DNA of 63,904 nucleotides, the filler included, from Craspedostauros australis (Eukaryota): NCBI GenBank assembly GCA_030167865.1. It is 11 parts of 11 records of this genome, joined end to end, with 100 filler letters (N's around TTAATTAATTAA, not from the genome) between each part and the next. Parts side by side here need not be neighbours in the genome. Positions count along the whole stretch, not along the records: positions 9,519 to 13,505 come from JALAGF010003453.1; positions 13,606 to 21,319 come from JALAGF010003454.1; positions 21,420 to 28,743 come from JALAGF010003455.1; 8 more parts are not named here. One strand, given 5' to 3'. Position numbers and translations under genes: made by a program. Within the stretch, counting starts at the first letter, position 1. Each line of letters begins with the position of its first letter. Under the pieces are notes generated by a model, which saw nothing but the letters and a program-made list of their open reading frames with translations, made no database searches and had not been told where the DNA came from. Positions 12,501-22,963 of this stretch are shown here, one piece after another.

Positions 12501-13505
12501 GGCTCGTTGCATGTGGCTATTCGCAAGTCGCAGGAGTAGACTTCCAAGAGCATTACTCACCTGTCATCCATGAGATGACCTATCGAGTCATGATGGTGAT
12601 CATGCTGATCAAGAAGATGGACTGCGCACTCGTCGATGTCGTAACGGCATTCCTACACAGAGACCTCGACAAGGAGATCTACATGAACTGTCCCAATGGG
12701 ATGGATCATCAACCAGACGAAGCCCTGACCCTATACAAGCCAATCTATGGACTTGTGCAGAGCGCCAGGCAATGGTTCAAGATGTTGGTGTCGACCCTCA
12801 AGAATATCAACTTTGAGCAGAGCGCGGCAGATCCGTGCCTGTTCTACAGGAAGACGGACGAAGGACGTATGATCGTGGCCATCTACATGGACGACTGCTT
12901 CTGCTGTGGAGACTCCAAGGCATTGGAGACATTCCTGAAGGACATCCAAGGCAGCAAATTCAAGGGAACAATCGAGCACAGACTTGGAGATTACCTCAGT
13001 TGCAACATCGAAATGAACCACAACAAGACAAGAGCAACGTTGCGTCAACCACATCTCATCCGACATCTCATCGAAGAGTTCGGAACCAAGGTTGAGAAGA
13101 TGCAGCGCTATGGGACACCGGGAACCCCGGGTCAAATCATCGCATGACCATCCGACAATAACAGACTACAGAAGGTTGGACCGGAAGAACATGCCGAATA
13201 CCGCCGAGGCGTCGGTATGCTACTCTTCCTCATCAAGCACTCGCGACCAGATATCGCAAACCCTGTGAGGGAACTCTCCAAGGTATTGATCGGGCCCACC
13301 AAGGCCGCAATGAAGGAGATGTATCAGATCATCAAGTATGTGATCGATACAAAGGACTATGGATTGAAGATCCATCCAGCACGTCCAGACGACGACAGCT
13401 GGGACATGGAGCTCTTCTGCAATAGCGAATACGCAGGGGACAAGAACACGAGAATCAGCGTAGGAGGGTTCATCCTATACCTGTGCAAGGTACCAACCTG
13501 TTGGC
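9519..13505 (+). mobile_element. Degenerate Ty1/Copia LTR retrotransposon internal region (protease, GAG-pre-integrase, integrase, RT, RNase H start)
   Basis: Copia domain order: WLANSGVSCH, LHRMLGH...CDC, TPQQNGRVERKF, CKWVFKLKRDG...RARLVACGYSQVAGVDF, YGLVQSARQW, IYMDD, HSRPDIA, NSEYAGD. In-frame stops at 10353, 10947 and 13145, and a frameshift near 11370. Confidence 0.95.
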
Positions 13506-13672
13506 NNNNNNNNNNNNNNNNNNNNNNNNNNNNNNNNNNNNNNNNNNNNTTAATTAATTAANNNNNNNNNNNNNNNNNNNNNNNNNNNNNNNNNNNNNNN
13601 NNNNNCTAGGTGTATACCTTTGCATGATGTAATGCTGTGTTTGTAATGCATAATGTAATAATATCCCAATCC

Positions 13673-16600
13673 TTAATCGATGTCAGTCAGCACAGAGAGA
13701 TCATCATCATCGAGGCCCACGGAACCATCCAGACCATCCCCAAGCTCCGATCCGAGCACGAGCGCGTTGCCGTGACCATCTCCACCCTTGCTACGATCGG
13801 TGAATACGTTAAGCTCGGTGCATCTCGAGGTGATCGCTCCAGTGAAGGTGTCCCGGGTGATCCCGAAGAGGTAGTTGCCATTGCCGTCGGCTGTGAGGCC
13901 CTCTGGACGCTGACGGTTCGGATCATTGAGAGTCTTCAAGTACTTCTTGCGCCGCTGCTTGATATCGGTCACCTTGCTCTTGCCGCCCCACGCCGCATAG
14001 TAGTCAACGGCGTGCACGAAGTAGTCGCCAACCATTTCCTTGGAGCCGTGCTCGATAAAGTGCTCTCCTGCCATCTCATTGGTGAGGGCAGCATCATGGA
14101 TGCAGCCGGCCTTGGTTGCTGCGATGATCGCAAGGTTGTAGGCATGCTGGATCCTGGGGCTCTGCTTGTTCTTGAGGGTGATCGCGAGCTCTTCTGCCTC
14201 CATCATGAGTACATGGTGTATCCAGAATTGGCCTCTGGCCTTGGTGACGTCTCTCAGCTTCTTAGTCAGCTTGCGCAGGGTCGTGAGATAGCTGCGTTTT
14301 CCTGTCTCTCGGAACCTGGCGGCGGAAACCAGTCCTGTGATGAAGCACTCTGCGACGATGTACTGGAATGACACCTCGCCATGGCTGATGAGGACGGAGT
14401 TGCGGATCAGTCGTTCCGAAAGTTCGTACTGCCGATGGAACAAGGTCAGAACAGCCCGGGTGTAGAAGAGCATCGAATCGAAGATGAGCTCAGATTGGTC
14501 CAGAGTCTCCGTCGTGACGTCGCGCTTGGACGAGGCCTCCAACTCAGGCCAGTTGACCGGCTCTTCTTCTCGGAAGTTTGCGAATATGACCCGGAGATGC
14601 ACGGCGATGCCGCTGTATGCCGTGATCTTGTATGCCGCCATCTGATCAAGGGCTGCATCAGCCGCCTTGAGCAGCGGTCCCACCTCCAGCCCTGAGAGCA
14701 TTCCCGCGAAGATGGCACCTTGATAATTTAGGAGGCCGATATCGAACTCTCCGACCTCCAGAGAATCCAGATAGCCTCTCCTGAAATGCCGCAGCAGATC
14801 TGGGAAAGGACGGCTGAAGGGGATGATGTACCAGGATGTCAGAAATCGGACGTTGCCTTGGATAGTTTTCCCGTCAATCCGATCGAGGATATCGTGTGAG
14901 ATCTCTGCGCAACGTTCTGCCGTGGCTTGGTCCCCCATACCGCCAATGACGAGGCCGTAGGTGATGAAAGCGCTGGCCGATTCCTTGCAGATGCCGTACT
15001 TGATGGCGGTGGACAGCATCTTGCCAAGGTTGAGGATCACCAGGAGCATGTTGTTCGTCGACTTCGCGCGCATGGCGAAATCGGCGGCAACCTTCATGGC
15101 GAAGAGCTTCTTTGGGTCCGTCATCAGTGGCCTTGAGAGGATCTCCTCGTTGGTGTTCTTCTTCAGGAAGGACTTGATCTTCATCATGCATCTCATGATG
15201 TGAAGCGCGTACCAACGCTTGGGAAAGGTCTTCAGTGATCGGAGTAGACGCAGCTCCACGTCCAAGGCTTCTGCGTGACGGTCCTGTCGGGCTAAAGCTC
15301 TTCCCATGGAGAGGTAAGTCGCCATCTTGTCCTCCAACGAGCGGGCTCTCTCCAGCACTTCGTCGCACAGCTTGTAGCCGACCTCGTAGCTGCCCAGCGA
15401 AAGCTCAACGTCAGCGCGCGCGCAGTAGACCCGCAGGCAGAGATCGTAGTGCTCATCGCTGTCCCAGATTGACGGGCTGGCAGCGGCCTGGCTTTTGGCA
15501 GATCCCTTGGTCTTGGTGGAGATCGTCGCAGGTGCGCTGCTTCTCACAAGCTGCAACGAAGCATGTGCCTTCTGAAGATACCCGACAGCAGATTCAAGGG
15601 CTGCCATCTCCAGGGCCTTCTCACCCACCTCCATGTTCATGGTGGCAGAGAAGATATGGTCCTTGGTTGGCACGCTGTTCAAGTGGTCCGCGGCCACGAA
15701 CAGGAGACCGTCATCTACCTCGGAAGTGGTGAAGGTCGAAGTGAACGTTTCGCCTGACGTTGTCGAATGCGTAGATTGAGAAGACATGTTGATCTTGTCT
15801 TCGGCTTCCGTCCCGCTCGCCTTCTTGTGCCTATGGTTGATCCCGTGAGGCTCTTCACAGTCCTCCTCGTGTTCATGCTGAAGACGAACCTGCATACGTC
15901 GGTACAGCTTCAGCAAGCAGTGACCGATCCGCACGCGCAGCTTGTCACGGGCCTCGCCGGCTGGGATCATGCCGTGTGCTGCCTGCTGAATGCGATCGTG
16001 CGCGAAGTGGTACTTGGTACCTCCGATGGGATTAGAAACCAGCCGCTCCAGAACCGCATTTTCCAGCATGTCAGAAAGCTCTTGGGTGGTCGATATGCCG
16101 TCCATGGTATCGATCTGGCCATCCACGTGTTTGCACTCATTCTCGAGCACCCGATGCAGCACTGAGATGTCGAACATCGATCGGATGTAGGCCGCAACGG
16201 ATAACATCTGCTGCAGCTGCATGGGAAGGTCTCGCAGCTTGGATTCGATGATGCCGATGATGTTGTCGCTGATGGGCAGCTGGGCGCTACCGGCGTTGCT
16301 TCTATCGTCATCCCCTGGGTTGGAAAGACTCCATTCCCATCGGTGAGAGATTGGACTGAAGACGAGGATGTCCTTCCTTTCAAGTTCTTCGAGAGCTTGC
16401 AGGGTGAAGAAGACGTTTCCGTCTGTCTTCGCATGAAGCTTCTCGGATAGAGTCTCGATGTCGTTGCAGTCCAGCATGCTCGAGAGCCACGCGGTCATGT
16501 CATCCAGAGTGAGGTTGGTGATCGTGATCTGCTGGAGGGTTCGCGGATGACGGCGCTTCCCGGCTTGAGACAATGATGCGATTGCGGACGGGGTTGATCC

Positions 16601-17857
16601 ATCATCAGGGCCTCCTGCCTTTTGGTTGCTGTCATTGGCAGTATCTTCTGCTGACAACGGCGTGACGAGGCACCGTGCCAGCGGGTGGTCGGGGGTGAGA
16701 TCCAGTGGTTCGTCAGTATGCGGGTTGGTGTCCTGGCGGATGGCACCGAGTAAGAGGAAGTTCTTGAGCCCTGGATCAGCCACCATTTGGGCGATCAGGT
16801 TGAGGCCAACCTCGGCAGACCACTGCAGATCGTCGAGGAACATGTAAATGGGCCGTTCCTTCGTCGAAATTGCCTTGATGAACTGTACGAAGATGTATTG
16901 GAGCTGGTTCCATGCGTTATCGGTGATTGCTCCATCTGCCTCCGGTGAAGACGATTCACCGTTGAGTTGGCTGCCGTGCATACTCATGCTGTAGTTCTCA
17001 GGGTGGCTAACAGACTGACTCGTGACGGAGGCGTCGCCTCGTGTGGACTTCGACGTCAGGATGGAAAGAGATGGAACTACTTTCACCAAAGGACGATATC
17101 CATCGGTGGGGAATGCCACTCGCACACATTCGCAGACACGATCGAGTTCTTCCTTGGGTCCGTTCTTGAGCTGGGTCGTGAAGTCTTGGATGGCTTGGAC
17201 GATGGCCGAGAATGGGTCACTCTGACCCGTGTACTCGTCGTACTTTCCACGCAGGACGTAGCAGCAGGAGCAAGATGGCGCTGTCGCTGCCTGTTCGTTG
17301 CTCTGCTGCTGCTGCTGCTGCTTCTGGTCGACGCCAGTGTTGCAGATGCAGCACGTGTCGAGGAAGTGATCAACGAGGGCGGACTTTCCGGTACCGCTGA
17401 CACCCCAGACCAGTGCTGCTGGATGCACATCGAGTCTCTTGCCAGGTTTTGCTATGGGTGTCGTTGGAGGCGGCGGCGTTGCCTTGCCCTCATCAGTCGA
17501 TGACTCCTGTGAGGAAGTAGTAGTGGCATCTCTCTTGTGTTCTCCGATGACCTTGTCCTTCAGAGCTTTGAGCTGCTCGAGCTCCGCCTCTCGACCAAGG
17601 AATTGCGATGTATCCTTCCACGGAGCGACGCCACTTGATGGGCCAACTACACCAGTTTCGCCGTCGTTCGTGGTGTTGGTGTCAGGGTTGGCGTCGTCTT
17701 TGGCCATGCCAGATCCATCGTTGATGGAAGAGAAGGAGGTGCTGGCGTTCTGTTCTCCTTCCTCCTCTGCCTCCGTGGAGGAGTATCCGTCCTTTCGGAA
17801 CTCTCCGATAGACGCCGGGAGGCTGTCAAAACAGATTTGGGCTTGTTGGATCTCCAT
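13673..17857 (-). CDS. STAND-like AAA ATPase (AAA_16/COG3899-type) with long C-terminal helical (TPR-like) region
   Basis: ATG at 17857 (MEIQQ). Motifs FLGREAEL, Walker A GVSGTGKS, Walker B MFLDDLQW, KTDGNVFF and FAHDRIQQAA, followed by helical repeats. No kinase domain is recognisable. Confidence 0.85.
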   Translation of the reverse strand: MEIQQAQICFDSLPASIGEFRKDGYSSTEAEEEGEQNASTSFSSINDGSGMAKDDANPDTNTTNDGETGVVGPSSGVAPWKDTSQFLGREAELEQLKALKDKVIGEHKRDATTTSSQESSTDEGKATPPPPTTPIAKPGKRLDVHPAALVWGVSGTGKSALVDHFLDTCCICNTGVDQKQQQQQQSNEQAATAPSCSCCYVLRGKYDEYTGQSDPFSAIVQAIQDFTTQLKNGPKEELDRVCECVRVAFPTDGYRPLVKVVPSLSILTSKSTRGDASVTSQSVSHPENYSMSMHGSQLNGESSSPEADGAITDNAWNQLQYIFVQFIKAISTKERPIYMFLDDLQWSAEVGLNLIAQMVADPGLKNFLLLGAIRQDTNPHTDEPLDLTPDHPLARCLVTPLSAEDTANDSNQKAGGPDDGSTPSAIASLSQAGKRRHPRTLQQITITNLTLDDMTAWLSSMLDCNDIETLSEKLHAKTDGNVFFTLQALEELERKDILVFSPISHRWEWSLSNPGDDDRSNAGSAQLPISDNIIGIIESKLRDLPMQLQQMLSVAAYIRSMFDISVLHRVLENECKHVDGQIDTMDGISTTQELSDMLENAVLERLVSNPIGGTKYHFAHDRIQQAAHGMIPAGEARDKLRVRIGHCLLKLYRRMQVRLQHEHEEDCEEPHGINHRHKKASGTEAEDKINMSSQSTHSTTSGETFTSTFTTSEVDDGLLFVAADHLNSVPTKDHIFSATMNMEVGEKALEMAALESAVGYLQKAHASLQLVRSSAPATISTKTKGSAKSQAAASPSIWDSDEHYDLCLRVYCARADVELSLGSYEVGYKLCDEVLERARSLEDKMATYLSMGRALARQDRHAEALDVELRLLRSLKTFPKRWYALHIMRCMMKIKSFLKKNTNEEILSRPLMTDPKKLFAMKVAADFAMRAKSTNNMLLVILNLGKMLSTAIKYGICKESASAFITYGLVIGGMGDQATAERCAEISHDILDRIDGKTIQGNVRFLTSWYIIPFSRPFPDLLRHFRRGYLDSLEVGEFDIGLLNYQGAIFAGMLSGLEVGPLLKAADAALDQMAAYKITAYSGIAVHLRVIFANFREEEPVNWPELEASSKRDVTTETLDQSELIFDSMLFYTRAVLTLFHRQYELSERLIRNSVLISHGEVSFQYIVAECFITGLVSAARFRETGKRSYLTTLRKLTKKLRDVTKARGQFWIHHVLMMEAEELAITLKNKQSPRIQHAYNLAIIAATKAGCIHDAALTNEMAGEHFIEHGSKEMVGDYFVHAVDYYAAWGGKSKVTDIKQRRKKYLKTLNDPNRQRPEGLTADGNGNYLFGITRDTFTGAITSRCTELNVFTDRSKGGDGHGNALVLGSELGDGLDGSVGLDDDDLSVLTDID

Positions 17858-19343
17858 GGCGCGGTGTGGGGTTGTGTTGTGTTGGGATGTATTGTAGAAT
17901 ATGTTCGATGATACGCAGAAGCTTGTGATCGATTTCGGTCGCAATGGCAATGTTATGGCTTCCGAACTTCTCTTGCGCAGCGATCATCCACCTTTGAGCA
18001 AAGCGGTCCGTGGATTGCCACGAGATTGTTGCGAGATTGGCAGGGAGTCGGGAGTGCAGGGGGCTGGAATGCCGTGTTCCCCGGTTGCTCTTGGTGGCAT
18101 GTGATGCTGCCGACTGCGAGACGGAAAAGCGTGGTGATACTTCCTTGCTTGCTTGATTGTTTGTTTTTGGTTTGGTGTTCTGTTGGCCGCAATTCGTGAG
18201 GAGGCGAACATCTCGCATCTGGTGCCCAAAAAAGCATCGCCTCTCTCGGTTTGCCCTCGCTGCTCTGCCAATCAACATGCTGCATCCGACACGCGCTCCG
18301 CAACACATCCCCCTTGGCCTGCAGGCGACTGAGCAGGCATGCTGCTGAAGTCGGGAACGAGAGACATCAAAGTCAAGACGGGACAGGTGACGAAGTTGTG
18401 CCATCGACACGTTGTCCTATCGTGCATGGGTGCGGCCATTTCCTGTTTCGGCTCTTCTGTCGGTGTCATGGTCAGTGTCTGGTTGGAGCGACTCTCTTTG
18501 TGTGAAACAAAGCATGTCCAGTCATGAAGAAACGCACGCGCCATTTTGTCTGGAACAACAACGAGGACGCTTTTGGTGTTTCGGCAAAAAGACCATTCAG
18601 TCTTGACTCCATCTTCCGTTTCTTTTTGGAGCAACTGTGCCCCAAGACAGTTCTCGTTTCGTATCAACAGTCATGTTGCTTCATGCCGCTCACGAATGAA
18701 ACATGTGACATTTTGTTGACGCATCTTTTCTCCTTTCCTTGGGGTCTGCGGTTTATTGTCTATAAGATACTATTGCAGATTGATCTCAATCAACACAAAG
18801 AGACCAGTCTCCAATTAAATCTAGAGAGAAAGGTTCGACTGGATGACAACACACGAACATGTCGATGAGAACGAACGGCTTGTGCGGTTCGCCTCCTTGG
18901 GGGATGATCGCTCCTTGGTGACCTCTCGTTTGGGGTGCTATGCTATGATCTGCCATGATCCGCACATACTCGTGCACGGCACAAGAACTTGTCACGCAAC
19001 CATTCGACATCATTCACGTCCCCCGCTCACACGAGCTACGAGCACTCATCGATCCACCGATGGAAGGCCAAGTTCGAAAGGAATTGCCTTCCACCCTGTC
19101 TCAGCAGAGAGGCTTGTCGCATGGTTCGAAGGCGACAAAGGAGCCGCAGGGCAGGCTTTGGCGGCGTCCGAGCACGATGAATTGATTTACTCGTGTTGTA
19201 ACTACTGCCGTTACGATTACTGCTACTACTATTAATACTATCACCATTACCATCATCCTGCTGTTGCTGTGCGTGCTGATTCCTCAATCTGCGAACAGTG
19301 AAAGGAAGATAAATCACTTCCACCGAATGTTCACACATATCCC

Positions 19344-21319
19344 TTATGCAATGTCCGTGAGGACGGAGAGCTCATCGTCGTCGAGGCCCACAGATCCCTC
19401 CACGCCATCTCCGAGCTCCGATCCGAAGACGAGCACTCCAGCAGCTTCCCCGGGGCCGTCTTTCGCATCGATGAAGGCTTCGATCTCAGTTCCCCTTGTG
19501 GTGATCGCTCCTGTGAAGGTGTCGCGGGTGATTCCAAAGAGGTAGTTGCCTTTGCCGTCGTCGGTGAGGCCCTCTGGACGTTTGCGGTTCGGATCGTTGA
19601 CATTCTTGAGGAACTTCTTGCGGCGCTGCATGAGGTCGTCCACCTTGATCTTGCAACCCCACGCCTTGTAGTAGTCGACGGCGTGCACGAAGTAGTCACC
19701 AACCATATCCTTGGAACCGCACTGGAGGTAGTGCTCTCCTGCTATCTCGCTGACCATGGCAGCATCCTGGATGCATCCAGCTCGGATTGCTGCGAGGATC
19801 GCGATGTCGTAGGCATGCTGGATCTTGGAGTGCCGTTTGTTCTTTATGGTGACAGCGAGGTCTTCGGCTTCAAGGATGAGCACCAGATGGATCCAGATTC
19901 GTCCTCTGGCTTTGATGATCTTCTTCAGTTTCTTGGTTTTCTTGCGCAAGATTGTTAAGTGTTGCCGATTCCCTGTCTCCCTGTATCGTTCCGCATTGAT
20001 AATGCCCAAGATGTACAACCCAGCGAGTATGCTCATGCACGATGGATCTCCCCTAGTGAGGAACATGAAGGTGGAGAACAAAGAATCTGCCATCGCATAC
20101 CGCCGATAGATGAATGCCAAGAATCCTCTGGTGTAGAGAATCATGCAATCCTTGAGAGAGTCAGATTGATCGAACTTGTCCACAGTGGGATCGCGACGGG
20201 ATAAAGCTGTAATTGCATCCCAATCGATTGGATCTTCTTTCAACATGACCCCGAATAGGTATCGATAGCTGTCTGACAATCCGATGTAAGCGCTGACTTT
20301 GAAAGTGTCCAGCTGGTCAAGTGCTTCCTCGTTTGCCTTGTTTAGCGACTTCAGTTCCAACCCACTGATGAACCCTCGCATGACGCAGCTTTGGTAATTA
20401 AGGATACCGATGCCAAATTCCCCAACCTCCATCGAGCGGTGATACCCTTTCTTGTGATCCCGCATGACATCTTCGAAAGTGAAGCTGAATGGGTTGACGT
20501 AGTTCGCCGACGTGAATCGGAACATGCCTTCCAGATGCCTTCCATCTGTCTGCGCGAGGATCAGGTCACCGATCTTCATGCATCGTTCGGCCAGAGCTTG
20601 CTCTGCCATGGCGCTAAGCACAATTCCATATGCACCGAAGGCGCTCACAGATTCTGCGCAGATGCCGTACTTGATAGATGTGCACAGCATCTTGCACAAG
20701 TTCATGATCAGCAAAACTGTGCTATTGGTGGCATTGGTGCACATTCCAAAGTCTGCACCAATGGTCATGGCGGCGAGCTTCTTCTTATCCGTCATCCAAG
20801 GCCTCGCGAGGATCTCTTCGTTGGTGTTGCTCTTCAGGAAGCGCTTGATCTTCATCATGCTCTTTATAGTGTGCAGCGAGTACCATCGCTTGGGGAATGC
20901 ATTCAATGATTGGAGCATCTCCAGCTCCATGTTGAGAGCTGCCATATGGCGATCCTGCCTGGTCAAGGCTCTGGCCATGGAGAAGTGAGTTGGTATCTTC
21001 CCTTCCATGGATCTGGCTTTCTCAAGCACCTCGTCGCACAGCTTGTAGCCGACCTCGTAGTTGCCAATAGACAACTCGACATCAGCACGAGTGCTGTAGA
21101 CCTGCAAGCAAAGAGCGTAGTGCTCATCACTGTCCCAGATCGATGTACTGGCAGCAACGTCGCTTGTTGCTGTTCCTTGATTTTTGGGAGGGAGATTGGG
21201 GGATCTCTTGCTTCGGACACGCTGCAATGCGCCGTGTGCCTTTTCGAGATATGTTGCAGCTGCTTCAAGGGCTGCCATCTCCAAGGCCTTCTCGCCAACC
21301 TCCAGATTCATGATGACGG
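19344..21319 (-). CDS. 5'-truncated tandem paralogue of the STAND-like ATPase gene (helical region only)
   Basis: Collinear with the C-terminal half of 13673-17857 (EVGEKALEMAALE, SIWDSDEHY, GNYLFGITRDTFTGAIT). Runs into the linker. Confidence 0.88.
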
Positions 21320-22963
21320 NNNNNNNNNNNNNNNNNNNNNNNNNNNNNNNNNNNNNNNNNNNNTTAATTAATTAANNNNNNNNNNNNNNNNNNNNNNNNN
21401 NNNNNNNNNNNNNNNNNNNATGATTGCGGATAGCACAGAAGTGCAGCAGCGCGATCGTGATGCAATCCGTTCCCGTCACGCCTGATACCTTGTTGGCTTG
21501 CTCAGTTGCTTAGTTGGTTGGTTGGTTTTGTGGCCTTGCCGAGATTATGAGAAGAGTCAGACCTGCGATCGCAGAGCTCTGGTGTTGTTTCGGAGGGTAC
21601 GGGCAGTGTGCATTCTGCTTGTACTCGTTCCTGTAGTGTGTGTTGGCATTCCGCTCCGCCTATTTGATGTGGCGAAGTGAGTTGTGTTTTCGCTTGTGCA
21701 AATTGAAAAGATGAGCACAGAGGACCACAACACGTTGAGTTGTGCTGCGTTGTGCTGTGTTGCAGCGCGACGTTGCGTGGTGAGGAGTAGTACGATTGCC
21801 GATCTGGTGGGAGATGTTGTGGTGACTGGTCCACATCGGGAATGACTGTCGGCGATGTGGAACTCGTGCCTTGAGAGGAAACGCCTCGCCAACTTTCACT
21901 GACTTCGGTGCCTTTTGAGCTGCTCTGATCGCTCGATTGTTGACATTCATTCCCAAGTCTCAACAAAAGTCAATGGCCAACGAAAAGACCCACTCTCCGC
22001 ACTCATCGATGTCAACAGATAACGCCATTTCGCCATCCGTGGAGGTTCTCACCAAACGGATGCAAAAGCTCGTACAGTATGGTACATAAAGTGAGGACTA
22101 AATTTCTTTTCCACCAGTGCGCACCAAGTGCTTTCTTACGGCTGGTGCGTAAGCAGGTCACTGAAGCATCGTTCGTGTTCACCATTCCGGATGAGACACA
22201 CGAGAAAGTCAGAGACTGAAAGAACAAACAATTTCCAACACACGAACGACATGACATTTCCCAAACGTTATCAGTTTTCTATCATAGAGTTAATAATGAC
22301 TCTCTTTGCGAAAACTCGATAAGCAATGCAGGAACTCACGACATTCTGGACAAACAACGAGCATTCTCCATCGTCTTTACACTTTCGATGGGATTGGTGG
22401 TCCGTTTTTCAGTCATCGCGGCAGATCATCACGCAGCAGCTCGAATTCCGCGATTGCGACCGCGGAATGCCTGGGATGTGGAATTGTGTTCCGGATTGTC
22501 ATCTGCACAACAACTGTCGGAGTGGAGCTATTCCAAGTGAGCAAGCAATGATCAAGCGGTCGATGGCAGCAGTAATAGAACTATTCTCTTGCTCCATCTC
22601 CATGACGTCGCGCGCGACCGAGCTATGGAGCATTGGCGTTGTTCGAGAGCAAAGTACGAGGCACATGTACTCTGTGCTATTCCCTCTTCACACGCAGCCT
22701 GTCATCGCAATCAGACAAGGCAAGGTCTCCAGAAGTACTCGATTCTTACCCAATCGCGAATCTTCACAATGCTGCAGTGATGTGGACTGTTAACTTGATC
22801 AAAGCAGCTTGGAATCAATGATTTCCAAATCTGCTCACAGGGTACCGCCAGATTGCCTCCACTTGACGGATACACTTCGTCCTCCTCGTTGTCCTCCTCC
22901 AACGGCAGCTGGGATATCTCCTCTTTGTCATGCTGCTCGTCTTTCGCATCGCAATCAATGGCA

